From: a virus
Taxonomy: Duplodnaviria; Caudoviricetes
Reading direction: 5' to 3' (one strand)
Virus record (IMG/VR): IMGVR_UViG_3300033075_000428
Coordinates: 32,001-96,000 of that record
DNA length: 64,000 nt
The notes under the pieces: model-generated
Told to the model about the DNA's origin: nothing
Database searches by the model: none
The model's input: the letters and a program-made list of their open reading frames with translations, nothing else
Made by a program: the position numbers and the translations under genes
Shown: positions 37,727 to 46,440 of the stretch, piece after piece
Numbering within the stretch: the first letter of the stretch is position 1
Layout: each line of letters opens with the position of its first letter

Positions 37727-38158
37727 TTAGTCGCAGTCTTCATCAATACCCGAGCCAGCAAAGAGGTTGTCTTCGTTCAAATCATCTTCGTCAGAGTTAC
37801 TCGACTCAGCGAAAGTGTCTGGCAACTGCTCAGTTGCAGTGAGCACTTTATTAGCTTCCTCTCCAAGCTCAACAAGTGACTCTAGTAACTCAGTCAACTG
37901 GTCTTTCGATTCTTGTGTATAAGCACGTTTGGTAACGTCTGAGTAGACCAATGCGAGATACTCTTGAAGGTTCTCAAATAGATGAGGCTCCCTACCGATT
38001 GCTACGGTGAGCTTCTGTGAAGCAGTCTTAAACCACTCAATAGCATGCTTATCAGCATCGCTCTCTGTGATTTGAATTGACTCTTTCAGCGAGTTAGTCT
38101 TCTGAGCTTCTTCAGCTTCGTTGCGACGCATTGCTGCAAGGATTGCTAGTTCTGACAT
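37727..38158 (-). CDS. putative internal head protein, leader class A
   Basis: MSELAILAAMRR...LKES..ITES. Confidence 0.65.
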   Translation of the reverse strand: MSELAILAAMRRNEAEEAQKTNSLKESIQITESDADKHAIEWFKTASQKLTVAIGREPHLFENLQEYLALVYSDVTKRAYTQESKDQLTELLESLVELGEEANKVLTATEQLPDTFAESSNSDEDDLNEDNLFAGSGIDEDCD

Positions 38159-38175
38159 GTTGTTTCTCTTGTTAG

Positions 38176-38523
38176 TTATTCGTCGTAAAATCCAACTGCA
38201 TTTCTGAGCTCTTTAACGAATGGTGAAGTCTTCTTTAAGAACTCTTTTAGACGCTCTAATGCAGTTAGAACCGCAATACCGTCTTTACGGTCAACCAGAT
38301 TTGGATCATCTATATCGTCATCAATTAGCTTTGTAAGTGAGTCAGAAAGCTTGGTCAACATGTCCTGTGGCATCTTTTCTCTCAGCTGAGCTCCTAAATG
38401 GAGAAGCTTATCCTTTCGATTCGCCCCGACAAGCATTGCTGTTCGACCGTTATAGTCAATCTCATTGAGGTTATTCTCATCCAACTCTAACGAAACCGTG
38501 GTATTTCCTGCAGTGATTGGCAT
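38176..38523 (-). CDS. hypothetical protein (possible head protein)
   Basis: AAGGAG RBS; LDE/LNE motifs near the N-terminus. Confidence 0.6.
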   Translation of the reverse strand: MPITAGNTTVSLELDENNLNEIDYNGRTAMLVGANRKDKLLHLGAQLREKMPQDMLTKLSDSLTKLIDDDIDDPNLVDRKDGIAVLTALERLKEFLKKTSPFVKELRNAVGFYDE

Positions 38524-38538
38524 TTACTTCTCCTTGGG

Positions 38539-39453
38539 TTAATGTGCGTCAGCAGTTTCTGCTTCAGCTGCATCGTGGTCAGCCTTCTTGTAATGGTGCC
38601 AAATCACTTCAACTGCCCACCAACCAGCACTCAGTGCTGTGGTGATGAGCGTGATGGCTCCACCGAACAAGACGAACTCAACGATACCAATTGCGATACA
38701 CACGGAGTTAATCACAACCTTGTGCTTCTCGTACCAGTCAACCATTCCCTTTAGCTTCGGATTGCTCTGAACTGTCTTGAGCTTCGAAATCAATCCAGCC
38801 AAGAATGGAATAGAAGGTGCAATCTTTAGTACCATTTCAAGGATGTCAACAGCAAAGTGCGTCCAGTGAATGGCACCCAACACAGCACCAATTGCTCCAC
38901 CTTCTTCAAGTGTGATTGGGAACTCAACTGGTTCATTGGTTTCATTGATTCGCTCTTGCTCGTCAACAACCCAAGAACGGTAGTCTTCCAAGAAGGAAGT
39001 GCGCTCGTCAGCTGTTACACGAATTGAGCGTTCCAACATGACGTCGGAGAGAATATGTCGTACTGGTTCGTGTGCCTCGAGCACCTTCTTCTCGCTCATG
39101 ATGGTCATGGCGGATTCAATCAGCCCATCTGCGTCTGACTTCGTTGCTCCCCACTTGAACCCAGGAACGAACTTCTGAGTGAGGTGTTTTTCCAATGGGG
39201 CGAAGACTTTGTCCTTGACCCAGTCAGCAATCTTGTCGACCTTGTCGGAAATGAAGGACTTGACCTTATCACCGATGTCTTTTACTTTGGCTAATCCCTT
39301 TTGAACAAGGTCTTTCAAACCTTCGTCAACAGCAGTTTCGTGTGTTTCATTCACACGTGCATTTGCGATTTTCAGTGCTTGTCTCACAACTGCTGCTTCG
39401 TTGAGCGTATTGTCGCGAAGCAACTCGTGAATTGTAGCAGTGTCTAGAGTCAT
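38539..39453 (-). CDS. putative head-packaged protein with C-terminal hydrophobic helices, leader class B
   Basis: IHELLRDNTLNEAAVV; many (I/L/V)xE sites; hydrophobic C-terminal third. Confidence 0.6.
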   Translation of the reverse strand: MTLDTATIHELLRDNTLNEAAVVRQALKIANARVNETHETAVDEGLKDLVQKGLAKVKDIGDKVKSFISDKVDKIADWVKDKVFAPLEKHLTQKFVPGFKWGATKSDADGLIESAMTIMSEKKVLEAHEPVRHILSDVMLERSIRVTADERTSFLEDYRSWVVDEQERINETNEPVEFPITLEEGGAIGAVLGAIHWTHFAVDILEMVLKIAPSIPFLAGLISKLKTVQSNPKLKGMVDWYEKHKVVINSVCIAIGIVEFVLFGGAITLITTALSAGWWAVEVIWHHYKKADHDAAEAETADAH

Positions 39454-39536
39454 GGCAGCTTGGGTATAATATGGAAATTGCTTACAGCCTTACTGGTATT
39501 AAGACTGTAAGCAATAGAGCTTTGACGTGTTGTTGG

Positions 39537-40133
39537 TTACAGTACTCCACTAGCAAACATGGCAACTGACCAACGGTCTTCAAGGTTAGTCGTTGGGTAG
39601 TCTGCTTGGAATTGATCACACTGTTGTCGTGTGAGCTCGAACTTACCTTCTGTGCGATTGACCAAACCAACAATCTCAATGAACTCCTCAAGTGACATAT
39701 TCCCCTTCTTGGTTGTAACTGTACCCAAGTGTTCACATGTGAACAGTAGGTCAGCACCTTCGTTGTTGGTAACGTCGAAGACCTGAATCATTCCCAAGAT
39801 TGGGTGTCCTGTTTGAATGAAGGGACATTGGAAGTCTATCGACCAGCAAACTTCAGGTGCTTCAGGAAACAGGGAGATGGTTGGAGCGATGGTGGTGCAA
39901 CCAACAGTTTCCAATGCTCTACCAACTTGTACTAGCTTGTACGTCTCAATTGCATTGATGTCTTCTTGAGACAAGCTGATGCTGAACTTCCGTGCTGGCT
40001 TGTAAAACTCTTGAGTGTCTGCTGGCTTCTGAGTGAAGTCAAAAGACTTGGTGCTATACGTTTCACTCGTAAGCATCTCAACTATCTGATTGGCAGAAGC
40101 GTTGGACACTAGGTATTGGTGGATGTTGTTCAT
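39537..40133 (-). CDS. putative internal head protein, leader class B
   Basis: MNNIHQYLVSNASANQIVEMLTSE. Confidence 0.6.
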   Translation of the reverse strand: MNNIHQYLVSNASANQIVEMLTSETYSTKSFDFTQKPADTQEFYKPARKFSISLSQEDINAIETYKLVQVGRALETVGCTTIAPTISLFPEAPEVCWSIDFQCPFIQTGHPILGMIQVFDVTNNEGADLLFTCEHLGTVTTKKGNMSLEEFIEIVGLVNRTEGKFELTRQQCDQFQADYPTTNLEDRWSVAMFASGVL

Positions 40134-40165
40134 TGTTGTTCTGAAAACTTATCTGCCATGTGTAG

Positions 40166-40204
40166 AAAAAGTAACGAAGCCGTTTCACTTGCTGAGACGG
40201 CTTC
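40166..40204 (-). terminator. putative intrinsic terminator
   Basis: GAAGCCGTCTCA-GCAAG-TGAAACGGCTTC then GTTACTTTTT. Confidence 0.6.
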
Positions 40205-40211
40205 AGCTTTA

Positions 40212-40646
40212 TTACAGCAACTTCTCTACGATGCTCTGCTCAGTCAGTGCTTCTGACTTAATCATGCTGTGGATGTCAGACGCTGACTCTTTGTAGAGAC
40301 TACCAAGTTTATGTCTTACTCTGCTCGCAATGTCAGATGGGTCACCAGCTGGATTGCGATTGATGTAGGTAAGAACTTCAAAGTACATATCATGAGTGTC
40401 GAATTCACCAGTACTGATCAGCTTCTTCAATTTTGCTGTGAATCGAGTCACTGCTTCTTCAGCAACTTCCTCTTCGTCATGCTCGTTACCAGTTCTGACC
40501 TTCTTTGGGGCAGTGCTGTCAAGAACTTCTTCCCACTCATATGGGTCTTCATCCCCAAGACGAGATTTGGGTAGTGACTTCAGCTCATGACGAATCGTGT
40601 CATGCTCATCAGCGTAGCGATATTCGCCTTCTTGAATGCTAGACAT
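40212..40646 (-). CDS. acidic putative head protein with class B motif at the C-terminus
   Basis: Ends IHSMIKSEALTEQSIVEKLL. Confidence 0.6.
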   Translation of the reverse strand: MSSIQEGEYRYADEHDTIRHELKSLPKSRLGDEDPYEWEEVLDSTAPKKVRTGNEHDEEEVAEEAVTRFTAKLKKLISTGEFDTHDMYFEVLTYINRNPAGDPSDIASRVRHKLGSLYKESASDIHSMIKSEALTEQSIVEKLL

Positions 40647-40855
40647 GTTGAAGTTTCTCCGATTGATTCTTGGCTTGTTGTCTCATTCTTGTTAACTCAC
40701 GAAGCACACCAACCTTAGTCAACTCTGTGTACTCATTGGTGACGGCTTGACCAGAAGCTATTGCTGAGGATACTCTGATACTCTCTTGTTCAGAGAGTGG
40801 TTTGGATTCAGTGTTGATTGGGTGGTTCATTTGCAGTAAGCTAGGTGCAATGTTA

Positions 40856-41857
40856 TCACCAGCGTTCAAGACTCTCGATATCAGAATACTCTTTCTTAAG
40901 CTCAGAAAGAAATTTAGACATCGTGAACTCTTTTGTAGAATCAATGTAAAGAGTGCCTGGTTCATCGTCCTCATTGCTGAAAACGTTTTTCTTCCCGTTG
41001 TCGTCTGTTCCTGTTATCTTAGTCACAACTTCAACGCTCGACTCATCACCTACCGCAAAGTAGAAACTGAGTTTGATACTATTAGCTTTCCCTGTAGTAG
41101 CATTTGGAGAATCCATTACTACGACTAATGCAGGTGATAGTGCGCCAGCAGAGCGTGCTTTCTTGACAGAAGTCACAGTGAACTCATTCCCCTTGATACT
41201 TTTACAGAGTTGTGTGAACACATTTTTGAAGTCTGCTTCTGAATTCTCTAGCCAGAGTTTTTCGAATCCAACTGTGTCTTGAGGAGTAACTTTGGTCTTC
41301 ACTAGATACTTGCGGAGTTGCTTACCTTTGCTCTTTAGAGCAGATAAGAATGCTTGGTCTTTCTTTGCCAAACTGAAGAAGTATTCAAGGCTCTCAGGTG
41401 AGTTAGCGCGTTCTTCACTGAAGAACTTATAGACTTCTGGGTCTTTGAATTTTTTGAATTCAAGCCAAGTAGACGCTCCATCAAGACCGCTTTTTTCAAC
41501 ACGATTTTTATCTAAAATTCCAGGAAATGCGATTATCTGAACTATATAGATGGGATTTTTGGATCTTGAACTATAATATAGTTCGATTGTGGCATGGATT
41601 GATATTTTTACCAACTTACCAGTAGGTACAACGGGAGTTAAAAGGTATTGATTAGCACCATTGTAATCGGGAGTGTATTTTTCAATAGTAACACTCCCAG
41701 CGGGTAATACTGAGATTAATTCGTCTATTATCCAAGCATCGACATTTTCAGTTTTAGTAAGCTTAAACTCCTTATTGCGATACTCTTCAATCAGAATCTG
41801 CTCTATGATAGATTTCTCATCAAGAGATGAGTTGATAAGTTTGTGTATTGACTTCAT
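40856..41857 (-). CDS. putative internal head protein, leader class B
   Basis: MKSIHKLINSSLDEKSIIEQILIEE. Confidence 0.65.
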   Translation of the reverse strand: MKSIHKLINSSLDEKSIIEQILIEEYRNKEFKLTKTENVDAWIIDELISVLPAGSVTIEKYTPDYNGANQYLLTPVVPTGKLVKISIHATIELYYSSRSKNPIYIVQIIAFPGILDKNRVEKSGLDGASTWLEFKKFKDPEVYKFFSEERANSPESLEYFFSLAKKDQAFLSALKSKGKQLRKYLVKTKVTPQDTVGFEKLWLENSEADFKNVFTQLCKSIKGNEFTVTSVKKARSAGALSPALVVVMDSPNATTGKANSIKLSFYFAVGDESSVEVVTKITGTDDNGKKNVFSNEDDEPGTLYIDSTKEFTMSKFLSELKKEYSDIESLERW

Positions 41858-41882
41858 GGGAATTCTCCTGGTTACTGATTGT

Positions 41883-42722
41883 CTATATAACTGCTAGGAA
41901 TGATGCGTCTGGAACCACTGCGCTGGTTGAACCAGCGTCTTCAGCAATGTTAATGTAGTAGTATCCACTCTTCGCTTTCCCAGACTTCAAGAAGCGTAAG
42001 ATTGTACCATTGGCTCTTGCGTCGTCCATTGGGCTACTGAGTGTGTTCGACATCTGTCCAATGATTCTCACTTGGAATACAATAGGCTTGCAGTTGAACG
42101 GAACAATGCTATTGTCAGAATATGTAGCACGTTCGTCTCTGTCTGTTGGGTAGTAGTCTTCCTCTGGACAACGACAGTTGAATCCTGTCTGACGGTATCG
42201 AAGTCTCGGGTCGGTGTCAAAACTCTTCTGTCCTGCGAGTAGTGTCTTACCATACTCACGAGTGCCATCCCAAGAACCCTCTGCGGGAATACCAATTCGT
42301 GCTTCAAGTGCTTCAGTAGCTGCTTTGAATGTACCTACGTGGATTCCACGGGTACCCTTTAGGTTCTTGTCTGTGCTCCCGTGCCAGAAGATGGGTGCTG
42401 AGGACTCTAGTAGTTTCAAGCACACGTCATTGACTGACAACTCAGTAGACTCAATGAGCTCACGAACATGTTCACTGTGTTCAACATGCTCATGAGTCTT
42501 CTTTATCACATTACCAGACTTGAAGAGTTTGCTGGGGTCTTGACCAAGAGTGATGCTACCTTCTCGGAACTTGTCAAACCCATCCTTCTTCGCTACTTGT
42601 TTCACAGCTTTGACACGGGCTTGCCACTGTACTGAGGTTTCCTCTTCACGTTGTGACGCTAACAGTTCTTCCTGCCATTCTTCATTACCCTTACGAGTCC
42701 CCCACAAGACACCCTGTTTCAT
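41883..42722 (-). CDS. putative head-packaged ADP-ribosyltransferase-like protein
   Basis: Internal class B motif, then FWHGS...GIHVGT..AA...Y.N..ED.GS.S..V. Confidence 0.55.
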   Translation of the reverse strand: MKQGVLWGTRKGNEEWQEELLASQREEETSVQWQARVKAVKQVAKKDGFDKFREGSITLGQDPSKLFKSGNVIKKTHEHVEHSEHVRELIESTELSVNDVCLKLLESSAPIFWHGSTDKNLKGTRGIHVGTFKAATEALEARIGIPAEGSWDGTREYGKTLLAGQKSFDTDPRLRYRQTGFNCRCPEEDYYPTDRDERATYSDNSIVPFNCKPIVFQVRIIGQMSNTLSSPMDDARANGTILRFLKSGKAKSGYYYINIAEDAGSTSAVVPDASFLAVI

Positions 42723-42724
42723 GC

Positions 42725-43441
42725 TTAGTCCTTGAACGTAACATCAACAGGCAAATCAGTAAAAATCTCTTGGGCGAAATCAATGCAGTCTGAATACACT
42801 TCGCTACGCTGGTCGTCTGGCATTGAAAGGGCAGACGTCAGGTCTTCCAAGATTGCATTCGACAAGTCACGCATTTCTTCAAGAAGCGTGATGTCCTCTT
42901 CAAGCAGGGCATGTGTGTCGCGCTCTTGGACGTGAAGTTCGATGATGAAGTGCGTTAGGCCTGAGCTCACCGCTTTCATGAGCTCTAACACGTCTTCTCG
43001 GGTCACGAACGCTGTTGACTCGTTTGTTTCCGCTGGAGTGGAAAGAGTCTTCTGAAAATGCTTGGACTTCCCAGAACGCCAGAACTTCTTGAGTGCTCGC
43101 TTGTACTTTTCCTTGTAGCGAGTCCAACGACGCTTCGCAATTCTGCTGAGTGCTGAGTTTGGCCTACGGTGATTCTTATGACGCACAACGGAAGCTTCTT
43201 CCAATTCCTCAACGAGTGAGAGTACCAAGGCTGACTCTTCTTGAGTCAAAGATTCTTCAATCAGTGCAGAGTTTACACGTGACAGTACTTTCGGTAAGAA
43301 ATCTTCTTTGCACGAGGACTCTAGGACAACGAGTTTCTCATACAATGAGAGTGTTTCATCAAAGCTCAACGGCTCAATACCTTTGAACTTTGGAAGTGTC
43401 TTGACGAAAGAAAGTGTCTCAGTCAGTGACAGTTGTTGCAT
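42725..43441 (-). CDS. putative prohead core/scaffold-associated protein
   Basis: Immediately downstream of the portal; acidic LxE-rich flanks around an Arg/Lys-rich core. Confidence 0.45.
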   Translation of the reverse strand: MQQLSLTETLSFVKTLPKFKGIEPLSFDETLSLYEKLVVLESSCKEDFLPKVLSRVNSALIEESLTQEESALVLSLVEELEEASVVRHKNHRRPNSALSRIAKRRWTRYKEKYKRALKKFWRSGKSKHFQKTLSTPAETNESTAFVTREDVLELMKAVSSGLTHFIIELHVQERDTHALLEEDITLLEEMRDLSNAILEDLTSALSMPDDQRSEVYSDCIDFAQEIFTDLPVDVTFKD

Positions 43442-43450
43442 TTCGTTACC

Positions 43451-45241
43451 TTAGTTTCCTGAAGTGATTGGAGTTTGGTCTGCTTCGGGGTCTTCACGAA
43501 GTGTAATCAACTCTTCAAGAGTGAATTGACCTTCGGTCAGAATGTTCTTCTGTGTGAGTCTACGTTGAATGTCGTTGTTGAAGTTCTGCAATGAACCTTC
43601 ACCAAGACGGAACCTGAGCCTATCAATCTGACTCTTCAGCTCATTGTTCTCTGACAATACCTTGTCAACAGTGCGTTCAATTTCCAAGACGTTGAGTGGA
43701 TTGACTGGCTGATTGGAAGCGAACAATGAATCCACTGAACCTTCTTTTGCCTTCTCTCCGTCGCCTTCACCACCTTCGTCACCTGTCTCACCTTCTGCTG
43801 AGGCTTCGTCTTCCTTCTTAGGATACAACTCATCCAGCTGAAGATTTGGTAGACGCATGTACGTCTTGATGAGGTAGCGATACAGGTACTCTTTGTCCAC
43901 TGTCTCAACACCATCGGTAACAGCAGTAACTATTGACTGGCAAACAGCTACTACTGCACTCAATGCGTCTGCTCTGTCCAACTCACCGTTAGTTGAAACA
44001 GGGGTGAGGGACACCTTGAACTTCGAAGGGTCAACGTCGAGACCATGCAAATAGAGCTCAATCTGGCACATGATTGTTAGGCCAACAATCAAGTCCTTTT
44101 GAATGGAAGCTACCTTGCGTGCATACCGTGGGTCAAGTGCAATCAGTGAATTGTACGAGAGAGCACTGTCTCCGTCGAATGACAGATATTGCTTTGGAAT
44201 ACCCAATGTTCCAAAGCGTTGTGAATTCAAGAACTCGATGTCAACGATCGACGAAACGTCAACGTCTCCACCAAAGGTGCTGATTTCACTACGTCCCTTG
44301 TTCGACGAACCATACACTGGAATGATGATTTCGTCTGCATATGACATTGGGTTCCGTTCACTGGACAAATACTCTTGTGTGTAGTTCACACCAGACTGCT
44401 TCGTGAACAGCTTCTTGTAGTTCTTGATGATGTTCTTCTGCTCACGAGTGTCACTTCCTTGGCCAACATCCACATAGTGAACACGGTAGAAAATAGACTT
44501 CGCTAAACGTGCTAACACCAATGAGTCTTCAGCAAGTGAGATTTTCTTCTCAATTTGACGAGACTTGATGAATGCTGGAGAGCCATACTTTGGGTTGATG
44601 TCGATGTCATACTTCTGCCAGAAAGCGTCTGGCATTCTGTCTTCCACAATTGGGTAACGTACGCTTCGGAAGTGTACGTAGTCAAATGGCTTGAGGGAAA
44701 CGAATTCACGTCCAGTGGTCATGGAGTTGTGAGTGATTGGACTCACTTCCAAGAATCCAACCAGCTTCCCGTTCTTCTCCAGACGACACACTTGTTCTGG
44801 TCGAATGGAATCATTGACATGGGAGATGCCACTACCTGAAGTCACAATACGGGTGAACTTGTCACCATACTTAGCGAGTTCACGTGCCCAAGACCAGATA
44901 CTTTCTTCAAGTCCAAGACGGTCAATCATGTTGCGTAAGACACGCTCTTTCTTTGGGTCTTCCGACGTCACGCTAATGATTTGATTCGCCGTGATGTCCA
45001 TTTGCGTAGCGTCGTCAGCCAACATGTCCAATGCACGTGACATCATCGACTCGTCCATCAAGTCCATGTCTCGGTACACTTCACTTCGCTTGTAGGTAGT
45101 ACCAGTGAATTGATTGTAGAACTCAATCAACTGGGACTTGTTTACTTCTGGTGAGTAGACTTCTCCACCTGACACTGGCTTCCTTGGTGCAAGGTTACCA
45201 GTACCACCAAACAGAGACTTCAGACCATCGAACATTGCCAT
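43451..45241 (-). CDS. portal protein (T4 gp20-like)
   Basis: 596 aa; YRxM, ALDxxADD, EDSLVLARLAK...RVHYVDVG, DIEFL...LGIPK. Confidence 0.85.
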   Translation of the reverse strand: MAMFDGLKSLFGGTGNLAPRKPVSGGEVYSPEVNKSQLIEFYNQFTGTTYKRSEVYRDMDLMDESMMSRALDMLADDATQMDITANQIISVTSEDPKKERVLRNMIDRLGLEESIWSWARELAKYGDKFTRIVTSGSGISHVNDSIRPEQVCRLEKNGKLVGFLEVSPITHNSMTTGREFVSLKPFDYVHFRSVRYPIVEDRMPDAFWQKYDIDINPKYGSPAFIKSRQIEKKISLAEDSLVLARLAKSIFYRVHYVDVGQGSDTREQKNIIKNYKKLFTKQSGVNYTQEYLSSERNPMSYADEIIIPVYGSSNKGRSEISTFGGDVDVSSIVDIEFLNSQRFGTLGIPKQYLSFDGDSALSYNSLIALDPRYARKVASIQKDLIVGLTIMCQIELYLHGLDVDPSKFKVSLTPVSTNGELDRADALSAVVAVCQSIVTAVTDGVETVDKEYLYRYLIKTYMRLPNLQLDELYPKKEDEASAEGETGDEGGEGDGEKAKEGSVDSLFASNQPVNPLNVLEIERTVDKVLSENNELKSQIDRLRFRLGEGSLQNFNNDIQRRLTQKNILTEGQFTLEELITLREDPEADQTPITSGN

Positions 45242-45246
45242 AAGAG

Positions 45247-45753
45247 TTAGGCTTCCGTCAAGGTTACGTCTTCAATACACACACCAATAAGCGGTGCAAT
45301 GATTTCAGCTGGGATGTCTGCGTCGATGATTTTCGACTCAGGAATCATCTTGAACTCAATCTTGTGCTTCTCATTGTAAGCGGTATCACGGAAGAGATTG
45401 TAAGCATCAAGGTCTTCCTGTGCGCTGATGCGCATTACGATTTCCTTGTGCCACTTGGTCTCATCCTTGTACTCTTCAGTGATGTCTTCAGCAGAGTTGA
45501 CTTCAAAGTAGTTGTTTGGGTCATCCACGTTAGCTTCATACCCTACACGTCGCAAGTACTTTGCTGGTTCACCTGCTTCATTCTTATCGCACAAGCGCAT
45601 GAATTCTTGACGAATCGCTTCATGCTCCTCTTTGAGAATCTTCTCAATCAAGCGAAGGTTCACACTGATGTGATAGGCACATGGGAGTGATGTCTTCGAC
45701 ATTGCAAGAAGCAACTGTTGAGTTATTTCTAGTTCAGAAAGTGTTAGTTCCAT
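45247..45753 (-). CDS. hypothetical protein (possible tail-fibre-associated chaperone)
   Basis: Position next to fibre genes; LP..Y.I..NL..IE pattern. Confidence 0.5.
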   Translation of the reverse strand: MELTLSELEITQQLLLAMSKTSLPCAYHISVNLRLIEKILKEEHEAIRQEFMRLCDKNEAGEPAKYLRRVGYEANVDDPNNYFEVNSAEDITEEYKDETKWHKEIVMRISAQEDLDAYNLFRDTAYNEKHKIEFKMIPESKIIDADIPAEIIAPLIGVCIEDVTLTEA

Positions 45754-45840
45754 CGACTATCGTCCTTAAAATTTTGTTGTATGTTCGTATTCAAAGTACT
45801 AAGGCATTAGAACGAAAATCTGCTCTAATGCCCTTGCTCG

Positions 45841-46110
45841 TTAGGGTGTCAATTCAGTGAGTCCAAGCTTGACAGTAGCAAGCGAGAACAAGTATGCATC
45901 GTCTTCACCCCATCCGTCGAGTTCTGCTTTGGTGAAGTTCACGTTTCTTGATTCAACGAAGTTATTGTCCTCGTCAAAGAAGCCAAACGAAATTTGACCG
46001 TAGCTTTCAGCTTCGGGATACTGAAGTGTAATACGACACTCCAATGGACGCAATGTAGTAGCAGGCTTCTTGATTGCTACTGGCTGGATGTCAAGTTTGA
46101 GTTCTGGCAT
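45841..46110 (-). CDS. small tail-fibre-associated protein
   Basis: WGxDDxY...KLGL C-terminus. Confidence 0.5.
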   Translation of the reverse strand: MPELKLDIQPVAIKKPATTLRPLECRITLQYPEAESYGQISFGFFDEDNNFVESRNVNFTKAELDGWGEDDAYLFSLATVKLGLTELTP

Positions 46111-46112
46111 GT

Positions 46113-46406
46113 TTATACCTCAGGTGTGTAGGTTTCACCACAGTAGACTGCTTGTCCACTTGACTGTGGAATTCCACCAATTCTAGTTACTTGAATAGTG
46201 CAAACACGATAGATACATGGTGTTTGGACAATGACTGGGTTACCTGTCTGTGGGTCAATTGCAGTAGTCTCATATGAGAGTGTAAGAACTGTGCCACCGA
46301 TGCCAGCACCAGTTTCTGGATTGACTGAGTCTGGTGTGGCATTTTCAACTGGCAAGATGGCTCCTGCAAGAGGACCACCAGAAAGAATGACGTTGGTTAC
46401 CGACAT
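46113..46406 (-). CDS. hypothetical structural protein
   Basis: LSGGPLAG start; lies within the fibre cluster. Confidence 0.5.
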   Translation of the reverse strand: MSVTNVILSGGPLAGAILPVENATPDSVNPETGAGIGGTVLTLSYETTAIDPQTGNPVIVQTPCIYRVCTIQVTRIGGIPQSSGQAVYCGETYTPEV

Positions 46407-46440
46407 GATGTAGAATCCTTGTGTTGATTGTTAAATTCGA

